Assembly: GCF_009914755.1 (NCBI RefSeq)
Contig: NC_060927.1
Source: the human T2T-CHM13v2.0 reference genome, Homo sapiens
Strand: one strand, 5' to 3'
DNA: 64,000 bases
Position numbers and translations under genes: made by a program
Shown here: positions 31,136-45,029 of the stretch, piece after piece
How the letters are laid out: each line of letters opens with the position of its first letter
Numbering within the stretch: position 1 is the stretch's first letter
Notes under the pieces: model-generated
The model's database searches: none
What the model saw: the letters and a program-made list of their open reading frames with translations, nothing else
Told to the model about the DNA's origin: nothing

Positions 31136-32547
31136 TAACAATAAGACATAATGTGAAAATACTTTGCACAATGCCTGGATTATAGCAAATGTTCACTAAT
31201 AGTACTTTTTTGTGTATACTTTTCATTTCTGTTATTACCTGATGTTTAATCATGTAACCTCATTTTTGTTTTAGAAAATAAATCTGATAATTTATTTAAC
31301 AATTTATGCTATTTATTTATAACTACTTATACATGCTTATAAAAAAGATTATGATACTTAATATCTACCTATTACTTTTCAGTCCATTAAACACACTTGT
31401 ATATATTTACATTATTTATTCAATACTCACAATGACTCAGCATAATCCTTGACATATAGTAAGTATTTAACAAGACTTTGTGAATCATGAATAATTATGC
31501 CTATTTTATCAAAAACTCAGTATATAACTTTCCATGGATAATAAATGCAGAATTAGAAGTTTATGTGTTCTGAATTCATTTTTCTGTATTTCTTTTCACA
31601 ATGCTATATTAGAAAACTGAACAACACATATACAAAAAACTCAACACTATATATACTGATACACACATATATGTATATACATACACATATGTACATCTGT
31701 TTGTAATTCCCCCCAAAAAAATCAAGAACATTGAGAAGAATTCCTGATTTAAAGCACATCACACTCATCTGGTGGAGATAATGTATATATCCTTTGAATT
31801 TGGACTCAGAAATGTCCCAGTGATGTTTTGCCACTCATCAGAGACCACTTTATTTTCAGAGAGGAGTGTCCTAATGCTTGTGCCATATCTTTCAAACTAC
31901 ACATACGTCCACTTAAAGGATGATTCACAAAACATGTGCACGTACATATGTGAGCCTCTTTGTCCCCCAGTAAGTAGGCTGTTGAGCAATGGCAAACTTT
32001 CTCAGCATTGGCTAGGACTAATATACTACCTAGCAGAAGCACTACAGAGAATTTGCAGGGCAGCATTAAAGTTACTGACTAGGGTAAGGTTAATTAACAC
32101 TTTTCTTAGAAATGTCAAGTGATTAGTAAGAACAGCAATAAATTGGGGTCACTGGGAGTTCTTTCTGCAATCAGCATACTGAGTAGCCCATAATATTGTT
32201 TATAATAATCTGTGTCAGCCTGCAATTGTCTATATATTTATAGAATATTCCAGTGAAGTTTACAGATTCAAATTTTAATTCAAACACTGACCTTTCTTTG
32301 GTTGGTTAATTTACTTGAAGCATTTGTTAGACATTACACAGAGGGCTTTACATGTATGTTTTCATGTAATAACTCAATAAATATTTAAATATAAGGTCCA
32401 TTTCACAGATTTGCAAACTGACTCTCAAAGAGAACAAGTAACTAGTGTTAGAACACAGGAAAGCCAGGTTTTGAACCCAGGCATCTTGACTCCTGAATCG
32501 TGTAACCTCACACACCTGAAATAGCACCCTAGAGAGGTAATAACACT

Positions 32548-34015
32548 GACAAACAAATTTAGTTAAGTTGTGGGATGCAAAATCAACATAGAAAGATCAG
32601 TAGCACCTCTATATGCCAACAACAAACAATCTGAAAAAGAAATCAAGAAAGTAATGCCATTTACAATAGCTACAAATAAAATAAAATATCTAGGAATAAA
32701 CTTAACGAAAGAAGTAAAAGATCTCTATAATGCAAACTATAAAACATTAATGGAGGAAACTGAAAATGACAGAAAAAACAGAAAAATGTTCCATGTTCAT
32801 TATAGATTGGAAGAATCAATATTTTTTAAATGTCCATACTACCCAAAGCAATCTACAGAGTCAATGCAATCCTTATCAAAACACAATGATATTCTTCTAC
32901 ACAGCAAAGGAAACAATCAATGAAGTGAAGAGACCACCCACAGAATGGAAGATAAAATTTGCAAACTACCCGTCTGACAAGGAATTAATAATCAGAATAT
33001 ATAAGGAGCTCAAACAACTCTATAGGAAAGGATAATAGTCTGATTTTAAAATGTTCAAAGGATCTGAGTAGACACTTCAAAAGAAGACATGCAAATGTCA
33101 AACGGGCACATGAAAAGGCACTCAACATCACTGATTATCAGAGAAATGCAAACCAAAACTACAATGAGATATCATCTCATCCCAGTTAAAATGTCTTTAT
33201 CCAAAAGACAGGCAATAATAAATGCTGGTGAAGATGTGGAGAAAAGGGAACCCTTATACACTGTTGGTGGGAATGTAAATTAGTACAGTCACTATGGAGA
33301 ACGATATGGAGGCTCCTCAAAAAACTGAAAATAGAACTACCATATGATCCAGCAATTTCACTGATAAGCATATACCCCCCACCCCAACAAAAGGAAATCA
33401 GTATGTTGGACAGATTGCACTCCCATGTTTATTGTAGAACCAGTCACAGTAGGCAAGCTTTGGAGGCAAAGTAAGTGCCTATCAACAGATGAATGGATAA
33501 AGAAAATGTGGTACACATAAACAATGGAGTACTAGTCAACTGTAAAAACAATGAAATCCTGTCATTTGCAACAATATGAATAGAACTGGAGGTCATTATC
33601 TTAAGTAAAATAAGCCAGGCACATTCATTTGTGGGAGCTAAAAATTAAAGCAATTTAATTCATTGAGATAGAGAGTGGAATGACGGTTACCAGAACCTGG
33701 AAAGGGTAATGGGAGGTGGAGATAGTGGGGATAGTTAATAGGGAAAAAAATAGTTAGAATGAATGAGATCTAGTATATGATAGAACAAAGGGGAACTACA
33801 GTCGGCAATAATTTGTTGTACATTTTTAAATAATTAAAAGGGTATAATTGGAATGTTTATAACACAAAGAATTGATAAATGCTTGAGGGGGTGGATACCC
33901 CACTTACCCCATTGTGATTATTATATATTATATGCCTGTATCAAAATATCTCATGTACCCCATAAATATATAGACCTACTATGTACCCACAAGAATTAAA
34001 AATTAAAAAATAATA
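32548..34015 (+). mobile_element. 5'-truncated L1MA-type element with internal deletion at ~32895
   Basis: Decayed ORF2 (KIKYLGINLTKEVKDLY) and 3'UTR ending ATGTACCCACAAGAATTAAAAATT. ORF2 jumps at ATATTCTTC|TACACAGCAAAGG. Confidence 0.85.
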
Positions 34016-34523
34016 GTAAGTACCACTCATGAGAGACACAAGTTTTGGGGATCTGAGTCAGACAGATGGGTCTGAGCTGAACCCTAAGAGAACAAAATGA
34101 GTTCCATACATAGGATGACAGTGTGGAAGAATTTTAGTTTGGGAGTAGCACGATTAAAGCCCAGCAGAATGCTAGGAATCAGGGTTTGTTTCTGAGCCAA
34201 TGTGATCAGAGGGAAAGAGGTATGGGCAGACATCCAGAACCACAGACTGGAACAAGATAGGGCCCCCAAGGTGGGGCCAACCCCCAGAAAAGAATGATTA
34301 AGGTACACCAAAGCCTGATCCTCACTTCTCCAGGAAGGCTCTCCTGCCCTTGCCCCTGGCACACAGTTCTCTTCCACTAGTCTACATCCCTAAAGGTCTG
34401 GTTTGTCTATAATCAAAGCTAAGTAAACAGCAAAGGTTACAATATAGCATGTAAAACTTCAGGGAAATCATCAATGGGCAAGTAGATTTTATTATCAATC
34501 AAGTAATTGTATTCACATTTTTA

Positions 34524-34524
<1 letters not shown>

Positions 34525-34555
<31 letters not shown>

Positions 34556-34585
34556 ACACACACGCCACTCCCTAACACACACATT
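34525..34585. repeat. (CT)n(CA)n microsatellite
   Basis: Seen directly. Confidence 0.85.
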
Positions 34586-34954
34586 CATACAATGCTGTCA
34601 TGTAAGACTGAACAACCCTCTTCAGGCACACATGGGATGGATGCCCATGACAGTGAGGTAGGCTGCTGAAAGAATGCCACTGATACCAGACTAAAATTGA
34701 AATGTTGGTTCAGTGAGAAATGCTCTATGGTAGCATACAATATAGTTGACTTCCACCTGTGAATTTTAAGCAATATACTGGAATATGCTCAGAACTTCAC
34801 TATTATCTTAGTGTGCCATCAGATGTACTTGTATAGGTCTACTGCGAACTTATTTACAGGAATCTTAAATGCCTGACAAACATACAGCCACCTTCTGGAG
34901 AAAGAAGCCCCCAGTGACTATGAAGCAACTTCCCTTTGGAGAAAAAAAAATGCA

Positions 34955-35309
<355 letters not shown>

Positions 35310-35579
35310 TGAAGGAAGCTAAATATGAACTGCAGATAAGGGGGTATAGTTATTTTTCACATCACTGATAAAAACTCTTGCCATAGCAATACTCCATATC
35401 TCATGGAGCTCAGATACTCCAGTCAAATATCTTCTTTTGGAAAATACAAATTAAGGGTGAGCAAAAACAAAGCAAAGCACTCTGCTCAAGGTTGCATATG
35501 CCAAGTAGTGCAGTGCAATTTTCCCTACACACAACTAGTTGGCTACCTGGGACCCAGGAGAACTCTATTGCTAATGAGT

Positions 35580-36230
35580 CCATTCTTTCTCTCTGACATT
35601 CACTCAGCATATATGATTGAGTCACTCCTGTATGTCAGTCATTTATTAAGGGGCTGAAGATATAGCAGAAGAAAATGAACAGGACCCTTGTTTTGGTGTA
35701 TTTTACATTCTAGTAGACAGAAAGACAATACACATTAAACAAAGAAATACTTTAATTGTAGGTGGTAGTAAGTTCTGTTTTGAAAATACAGGAAGGTATT
35801 TGGATAAGAGGAACAGCTGTTTTAGATATTATGATTGGTAGAGATTCTTTTAAGAAAGCTGTATTTGGGTTAAGTACAAAAGGATATGAAAGATTTAAGC
35901 ATGTAAATATCTGGTGTAGACATATGCTTAGCATCGTTTAGAAGCAGCAAGGTCAGTGTGTGCAGAATACAGTGAGAAAGGAGTGTAGCAGAAGATTAAA
36001 AAATTCAATGGGAGCAGATCAGGTAGAGCCTTCTGATAAGAAGCCTTCTGATAAGAGCCTCTGGTAAGAAGTTTTGGATCAACTTCTCAGCATTCTAAAA
36101 AGTAATTGGAAGATTTTAAGCCGAGAAGTGACATTTGATTTCTCCTGTGAACAGTTTACTTTAGTGCCATGTGGAGAATGGGTTGTGGAGTGAAGCAGAG
36201 AGAGCAATTAGGAGGTTGCTTTCGGAAATA
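35580..36230 (-). mobile_element. L2 fragment
   Basis: CATTCACTCAGCATATATGATTGAG...TTTACATTCTAGT...GGAAGATTTTAAGCCGAGAAGTGACAT...ATTAGGAGGTTGC. Confidence 0.7.
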
Positions 36231-38191
36231 TCAAGTGATCCTCACAATCTATTTTAAATTGAGGTCACGGGAGCTTCTGTATTTAGCCCACTGAATTGTC
36301 CATTATGTATTTTTTTCTATAAACTAGATATATAAAGATTAGTATATTGCAAGGCATTCTAATAAGGTATACTGAGGCTAATCCTAAATTGAACATTGTT
36401 TTTGTTTTTGCTGTTATTGTTGCAAGACCTTTGGCCTAATTTTCCTTTTGTTGACAGATAAATTTCTTTGTGGTAGAAAACAAATATACAAATGTTGAAT
36501 TTTTAGCTCAATCACCTTTGCCAGGGATCTTGGACATATCTCTTAGCCACCTTGGGTCACAGTCTCTTTACCCAAGAATGAGTGTGGTCAGTATAGGTTT
36601 ACCTGGTTCTGAAATTATATCAATGTTTAGATCATAGAAGTAATTACAGCATGGCCTCAATTAGCTTTGTCATTTATGATTCAGAAAGAAAAATGAGTTG
36701 ACTATGAGACCAGTGAACTAAATATTGGTTGTGCATTTGTAATGGCTTCAAATAATAGTTTCATTTCTCTTATTGCACTTACCACTCTCTAAAATTATCC
36801 AGTTCATTTTTATTGTCCCATTATAATGAATGTTTCATAAGAGCAAGTGCCTTGCCCATTTTTTCACATCTGTAGGTTTAGCCTGTAAAAGAGTACTCAT
36901 AATATATTAGATGTTCAATTAATACATGTTGAATGGATGAATGAATGATTTGCTACATTGGTGGGAATTCCTATGCATTGAGGAAGTAACAAATATTTCA
37001 AAAATCTCAAAAAGTCCTTGGAGGAGCTATATCTGGACTACCGTCAAGTATAGATAACCCACCTTACTTAGAATATCTCTTAGTCTCCTTATCTATATAA
37101 ATGCTCTGGGTAGGTATTGGGGGAAGCTGGAGTATAACTTTCAAAAGACCATACGCTGTGAAAGAACATAAAAGGGGGTTTAATATTGGCTCTATCACAA
37201 AATCAGCTATGGTGCTGACAAGTAGCAGCATTATTAGAGTTATAATTTCCTCATTTGAAAATTGAAAGTATCCTGTCATATGGTCTTTGTAGAGAATGAC
37301 TTTCAAAATGATCTAGCATAAATTAAACAAAGGTATGTCTCTTTTTTTCCTTAATCTTTTTCTGGGGATAACCTACATCAATCTAGTCCAAGGATAAACA
37401 ATTTTTTCATGGGAATGTACAGAAAAAACCTAATATGTGGGTAGTGGTACCATAGAAGTCAAAATGGACAAAGAGACTGCTTAGTGAATTATCCCTTGAC
37501 CAATGGCAAAGTATTTCTCAATTAAATATCTCAGGATTCATTACCAAGTATTTGCTTTTCCACCACCTAGGGTTGCTGTGCTCAGAGTCCTTGTTACTCC
37601 AGAACCTGCCAAGACAACAGCAAATTGTTATGGGAATTTGATCAAAGACTTGGATATTTTGGGAAAAAATTTGTTTTCATTTACTCTACATGTAAAAAAG
37701 GTGAGAGCAGCAAGAGTGGCCAAAAGTCATGCTGACTACTTCTCCTCAATTCTTAACGTATTAATATTACCTGTTTCCTAGTATAGATGACTATAACTCC
37801 AAAACTGCCTCACTTCTATGAAGTGAGGAATATTATTGGGGATCAAATATTATATGGCTAATAATAAACATTGGGGGAAAAAAATCAGTTGTATATATTG
37901 AAAGAAAGAGCAGTGATAAAAAATAAAGTAAAATATATACCAGAAAGGATACTCAGATGCACATTTGAAAAGAAACTTACTCAGAAGAACTAAGGTTAGT
38001 GTGATATTGAAGACTTCTTATTGTAGTTGCTGAGATTTAAACTTCCAGAAAAAGTGACATAATCCACGTTGTTTCTGTAAAGCTGAATTCATCATTCTTT
38101 GTCGTAACTCTCCCCTATTCTCATGGCCTAAGATCGCTCTCTTCATCTGGCAAACTAACTCATATTTCCAAAATGAGCTCAATGGCCATAG

Positions 38192-38346
38192 TGCTATGGT
38201 CTGAATGGTTGTGTACCCCCACAAAATTCATATGTTGAAACCTAATATTCAATGTATTGGGAGATGGGGCCTTTAGGAGGTGATTAAATCATGAGGATGA
38301 TGCCCTCATGAACAGGATCAGTCCCTTTATAAAAAAGACTTGAGGG
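38192..38346 (+). mobile_element. MLT1A-type MaLR LTR, 5' part (split element)
   Basis: TGCTATGGTCTGAATG...AAAATTCATATGTTGAAACCTAA...CCCTTTATAAAAAAGACTTGAGGG. Confidence 0.85.
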
Positions 38347-39533
38347 TTGGAAAAATAGTAAACAAAGCAAGATGACTAAATAGAACCCTCTAGCAATCTT
38401 CCCCCAGCAGAAACATCAAATGGAATAACTATGCAAGCAAGAAAGCACCGTCACAAGAACTGAAAAATCAGGCGAGAGATCACAGTATTTGGTTTTAGCA
38501 TAATAACAAGAACAGATGAATTAAAGAGTGTGTAAAGAATAGTCTTACATTGCCTACACCACTCCTACTCCATTCCCAAGCAGTGCAGCATGGATAAAGA
38601 ATTTGTGTGCTTGAGGGAAGGAGAGCAAAGTGAGTGTGGGACTTTGCTTTGAAACTCAGTGATGTTCCATGACAGTGGAACACAGCACTGGGTAGAATTC
38701 CACCAGTGCCCGTGGTGAGAGTACTTAGACCAGCCCTTAACCAGACGGGAAATACACTACCCTGTCAAGAGAAACCTAAGTCTTGGCCTGCTTCACCATC
38801 AGCTAACTAAAGTGGCCTCGGACCCTGAATAAATTTCAGTGGCAACCAGGTTGTTGCAAGTGCAGTCCTTGGGTGAGCACTGGTGCTGTGCTAGTCTTGG
38901 GGGCTGTGGACTTGGGAAGTAACCCTTCCTGAGCTTCAGCTACAGCAGCCACAGGAGTGCCTACATCACCCCTCCCCCAATTCCAGGCAGTGTAAAATAG
39001 AGAGAAACTCATTTTTGCTTGGGGGAAGTAGAGGGAAGATTACAGGGGATATTGTCTTACAATTCAGTGCCAACCACACCACGGGAAACAGAGCACCCAG
39101 AATACCATAGCCCATTATATCAGGCCACTACAAGACAGATTGCCTGGGAACCCAGGCAAATTTTCTGCATCTTACCAAAGTCCACCAGGGGTGGGTATCT
39201 AGGAGTCTGCAAGTCCCAGTGTTCCTGGGCTTAGGATACCGTCTAGGGCTGAAACGGATTCAGTAACCACAGGCTTAGGGACCTCAACAGTCAATCTCCT
39301 TTGAATTATTAGAAAGCCTTCTAAAGAATAATGGGTATAAACATGGTGAGACTACAAAGAATAGAATAAATAAAAATTCTCCAATGTCTAGCCATTGATG
39401 AACATCTACAAGCATCAAGAACATTCCAAAAAAATATAACCTTACGAAATGTAATAAATAAAACACCAGTGACCAACCTGGATTGCCAGAGATCTGTGAC
39501 CTCTCACACAGGTAATTCAAAATAGCTGTTTTT

Positions 39534-40896
39534 ACCAAAACAGATATGTAGATCAATGAAACAGAACAGGGGCCTCAGAAATAATGCCACATATCTACAA
39601 CCATCTGATCTTTGACAAACCTGACAAAAACAAGCAATGTGGAAAGGATTCCCTATTTAATAAACAGTGCTAGGAAAACTGGCTAGCCATATGCAGAACA
39701 CTGAAACTGGACCCCTTCCTTACACCTTACACAAAAATTAGCTCAAGATGGATTAAAGACTTAAATGTGAGACCTAAAACCATAAAAACCCTAGAAGAAA
39801 ACCTAGGCAATACCATTCAGGACATAGGCATACGCAAAGACTTCATGACTAAAACACCAAAGGTAATGGCAACAAAAGCAAAACTTGACAAATGGGATCT
39901 AATTAAACTAAAGAGCTTCTGCACAGCAAAAGAAACTACCATCAGAGAGAACAGGCAACCTACATAATGGGAGAAAATTTTTGCCATCTATCCATCTGAC
40001 AAAGGGCTAATATCCAGAATCTAAAAAGAACTTAAACAATTTTACAAGAAAAAAACAAACAACCCCCTCAAAAAATGTGCAAAGGATATGAGGAGACACT
40101 TCTCAAAAGAAGACATTTATGTGGCCAACAAACATGAAAAAAGCTCATCATCACTGGTCATTAGAGAAATGCGAATCAAAACCACAATGAGATACCATCT
40201 CACGCCAGTTAGAATGATCATTAAAAAGTCAGGAAACACAGGATGCTGGAGAGGATGTGCAGAAATAGGAACACTTTTACACTGTTGGTGGGAGTGTAAA
40301 TTAGTTCAACCATTGTAGAAGACAGTGTGGCGATTCCTCAAGGATCCCTTTCAGAAATAGCATTTGCCCCAGCAATCCCATTACTGGGTATATACCCAAA
40401 GGATTATAAATCATTCTACTATAAAGACACATGCACATGTATGTTTATTGCAGCACTCTTCACAATAGCAAAGACTTGGAACCAACCCAAATGTGCGTCA
40501 ATGATAGAATGGATAAAGAAAATGTGGCACATATACACCATGGAATACCATGCAGCCATAAAAAAGGATGAGTTCATGTCCTTTGCAGGGACATGGATGA
40601 AGCTGGAAACCATCATTCTCAGCGAACTAACACAAGAACAGAAAACCAAACACCACATGTTCTCACACATAAGTGGGAGCTGAACAATGAGAACACATGG
40701 ACACAGGGAGGGGAACATCACACACTGGGACCTGTCAGGGGGAGGGGGGCCAGGGGAGGGATAGCATTAGGAGAAATACCTAATGGAGATGACAAGTTGA
40801 TGGGTGCAGCAAAACACCATGGCACATGTATACCTATGTAACAAACCTGCACATTCTGTACATGTATCCCAGAAATTAAAGTGTAATTTTTTTTAA
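39534..40896 (+). mobile_element. 5'-truncated L1PA7/8-like insertion in ORF1 of the older L1
   Basis: ORF2 end and 3'UTR AGATGACAAGTTGATGGGTGCAGCAAAACACCATGGC. Decayed TSD AAAATAGCTGTTTT / AAAATTGCCATTTT. Confidence 0.85.
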
Positions 40897-41114
40897 AAAA
40901 TTGCCATTTTGAGGAAACCCAGCAAACTTCAAGAAAACACAGAGAATAAATTTCAAAGTTGATTAGATAAATTTAACAGAGTTTAAATAATTTTTAAAAT
41001 TCCAACAGAAATCCTGGAGCTGAAAAATATAAGTGACAAATGAAAATTGCATCAGAATGTCTCAACAGCATAATTGATCAAAAAAGAAAAAAGAATTAGT
41101 GAGCTCAGAGACTG

Positions 41115-41806
41115 ACCCATTCTTCTTCAGAAGGCTTTCTAATCATCAAAGGGAATTGACCACTGAATTCCCTAAGTCTGTGGTCACTGCAGCCATTTCA
41201 GCACTAGAGGGTGTCCTAAGCCCAGGTACACTGTGTGACTCGCAGACTCCAGGATACTCAGCCCTGATGGACTTTGGGAAGATACAGAAAAATTGCCTGG
41301 GTTCCCAGGCAATTTGTCTTGTATTGGCCTGATATAATGGGCTTTGGTATTCTCCATGGTGCTCTGTTTTCCTGTGGTGGGGTTGGCACCAAGTTGCAAG
41401 ACAATGCCCCCTGTAATTGTCCCTGTATTTCCCCTAAGTAAAAATGAGTCTCTCTCTACTATACTGCCTGAAGTTGGGGGAGGGGTAATGTAGGCACTCC
41501 TGTGGCTGCTGTAGCTGAAGCTCAGAGTGAGTCACATCCCAAGCCCACAGCCTCCAAGACTAGCACAGCACCAGTGCTCACCCAAGGACTGCACTTGCAA
41601 CAACCTGGTTGCCACTGAAATTTATTCAGGGTCCGAGGCCACTTTAGTTAGCTGATGGTGAAGCAGGCCAAGACTTAGATTTCTCTTGACAAGGCAGTGT
41701 ATTTCCGTCTGGTTCATGACTGGTCTAAGCACTCTCACCATGGGCACTCATAGAATTCTACCCAGTGCTGTGTTCCACTGTCATAGAACATCAATGAGTT
41801 TCAAAG
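41115..41806 (-). repeat. Inverted duplicate of 38647-39336 (L1 5'UTR) inserted in ORF1
   Basis: The reverse complement aligns over ~690 bp. 41554-41678 is identical to the reverse complement of 38776-38900. Confidence 0.95.
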
Positions 41807-44732
41807 ACTTGAAAATACACATTCAGAGAGAAGAGAGAGAGAGAGGGAGAGAAGTACACTTACAAGATCTAGAAAATAGGCTTAAAAGGAAAATCTATGT
41901 ATCATTGGCATTAAAGAGGGAGCAAACAGGATGGGGATAGAAAGTTTATTCAAAGAATAATAACCTAAAGAAAGATAGGAATATCCCAGTACAAGAAGGT
42001 GAAAGAACACCAAGCAGATTCAATCCAAATAAAATTACTCCAAGGCATATGATAATCATACTCTCAAAGTTCAAGAACAAAGAGAGGATCCTGAAAGAAG
42101 CAAGTAACATATAAAGGAGCTCTGATATGGCTAACAGCAGACTTCTCTGCAGAAACTTTACAGGGCAGGAGGGAGTGGGGTGATATATTCAAAATACTGA
42201 ATAAGATAGAAAACCTTTCAACTGAGAATACTGTCCCTAGAAAGCTATCCTTTAAATATAAAAAGGAAATACTTTCCTAGACAAACAAACGTTAAGGGAA
42301 TTCATTACCACAGACCTGTGTTACAAGAAATTTTAAAAGGACTTTGTCAACCTGAAACAAAAGAATGTCAAGCCATAAAAAGAGGTTATGAAAGGTATAA
42401 AAGTAAGCACATAGACATATTCAGAATACTCAGTGTAATGGTGGTGTATAAACCACTGGTATCTTTATTAGGAAGACTAAAAGATAAATCTATAAAAACA
42501 ATAACAATTTGTTAAGAAATAGTTAATACAAAAAGATATAAATTGAGACAACAAAAAGTAAAGAGGTGCAGTTAAAATTGAGTTTTCTCGTAGATTTTTC
42601 TTCTTTTATTGTGATCAAAGTTAAGGTGCAAATAACTTAAAATAAATTGTTATAACTGTAAGATGTTCTTCGTAAGTCTCAGGGTAACTACTATGCAAAA
42701 AGAAAAAAAGAAAAGAGAATAGCTACACTAAAAATAAAGAACAATAAATTAAAACATATTACCAGCGAAAATTAGGAAGACAGTAAGAAAGAAAGAGAGG
42801 ACTTACCAAACAACTAGAAAACAGGATGCAAAATGACAGTAGTAAGTCTTTACATATCAATAATAACGTTGAATATAAATGGATTAATTTATCCAACTAA
42901 AAGATATAGAGGAGCTGGATGCATTTTTTCAAAAAGACACAATTACATGCTACCTAAAAGAAACTCGCTTCACCTGTAAACACACATGACTGAAAAGATG
43001 GAAAAAGGTATTCCATGAAAACAGAAATCATTAAAGAGAAGGAGTAGCTATACTTATTATATCAGATAAAATAAACTAAAAGCCAAAAATTCCAAAAAAA
43101 AAGAGACAAAGATGGTCATTATATAGTGATAAAAGGAGTCATTTTAATGAGAGGATATAACAATTGCAAATCTCTACGTACCCAACACATGAGCACTCAA
43201 ACATATTATACAAAGCAAATATTAATAGATCTAAAGGAAGAGATAGACTGCAATACAATAATAATAGAGGACTTCAAAACACCACTCTCAGCAATGGACA
43301 GATCATCCAAACAGGAAATCCACAAAAATAACATCAGAATTAAACTATATTGCAGACAAAATGGACATAATTGACATTTGTAGAACATTTTATTCATCTG
43401 CTGTAGAATACACATTCTATTCATCAGCACATGGAGCAATTTCCAGGAGAGACTACGTGTAATGCCACAGAACAAGTCTCAATAAATTAAAAATAATCAA
43501 AATCATATTCAAATATCTTTTCTGACCACAGTGGAATAAAATTAGAATCAATAACAAAAGGAACTTTGGAAAATGTAAAAATACATGGAAATTAAACAAC
43601 ATGCCCCTGAGTGACAAATGGGTCAATGAATACATTTAAAAGATAATTAGTTTTAAAAAACAAATAACAATGGAAACACAAAATTTGAAAACCTAAAGAA
43701 TACAGCAAAAGCAGTATTATGAGGGAAGTTTATAGCAATAAATGCCTATATCAAAAAAGCATAAAAACCTCAAACAAACAATGTAACAATGCACCTCAAA
43801 GAACTAGAAAAGCAAGGACAAACCAAAGGCAAAATTCATAGAGAAAAGAAATAATAAAGACTACAGCAGAAATAATTAAAATTGAGATTAAAAATAGTAC
43901 AAAAGTTTAGCAGCACAAAAAGTTGGTGTTTTGAAAAGATAAAATTTATAAACCTTTATCTAGAATTAGAAAAAAAACAAATTAAATGATGGAAAGGAAA
44001 CACTACAACAGATACTACAGAAATACGAAGGATCATTAGAGACTGTTGTGAGCAACTATACATCAGCAAATTTGAAAACCAAGAAGAAATAGATACATTC
44101 CTGCACAGAAAACCTACCAGTTAAACTATGAAGTTATAGAAAATCTGAACAGACCAGTGATAAGTAACAAGATAGAAGCAATAATAAAAAGTCTTCCATC
44201 AGAGAAAAGCCCAGTTCCTGATGGCTTTACTGCTAAATTCTACCAAACATTTAAAGAACTAATGCCCATTCTACTCAAACTATTCCAAAAAAATTAAAGA
44301 GTAAGGAATACTACTAAACTCATTGTATGAGGTCAGCATTACCCTGATACCAAAACAAGACAAAGACACAGTAAAAACAGAAAACTACAGGCCAATATCA
44401 CTAATGAATATATTAATAGATGCAAAAATCTCTAATGAAATATTAGCAAACTGAACTCAATACTTTAAAAAGATTACCCACTTTTATCAAGTGGGATTCA
44501 TCCCAGGGATGCAATAATGTTTTAACACATGAAAACCAATAAACATAGCACATTTCATCAGCAGAGTCAAGAACAAAAACCATATGATTATTTAAATAAA
44601 TGCTTAGAAAGCATTTGACAAATTCAATATACTTTCATAATAAGAAAACTCTCAACAAACTGGCTATAGAAGAAACATACCTCAAAACTTTGTTTTTATA
44701 AAACAATATCAAAACCTATGTAATATATGAAC

Positions 44733-44833
44733 TCATAAAAATTTTTCTTCATTCAACATGATGCTAGCTGTGGTTTTGCCATATATGACAAACCCACAGC
44801 TAGCATCATACTGAATGAAGAAAAATTTTGTGA
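44733..44833. repeat. ~100-bp loopless imperfect palindrome in L1 ORF2
   Basis: Centre CATA|TATG at 44783/44784. 46-bp arms (44738-44783 / 44784-44829) with 4 mismatches. Confidence 0.93.
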
Positions 44834-44981
44834 AAAGCATTTTCACTAAAATCTGGAACAAGACAAGAATGCTCACTTTCACCACTTTTATTCAATATAG
44901 TACTTCAAATGTTAACTTCCAGAGTGCTTAGACAAGAGAAAAAAGTAAAGAGCATCCAAATGGAAACAAAGAAGTAAAATT

Positions 44982-44982
<1 letters not shown>

Positions 44983-45026
<44 letters not shown>
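44983..45026. repeat. (GT)22 microsatellite
   Basis: Perfect GT run inside L1 ORF2. Confidence 0.95.

Positions 45027-45029
<3 letters not shown>

Noticed and set aside
36025-36070. Short direct repeats (AGCCTTCTGATAAG x2-3; similar 16-18-bp duplications at ~59042 and ~61769) as a CRISPR-like array
   Set aside because: No unique spacers, eukaryotic context and no cas genes. These are ordinary slippage duplications.
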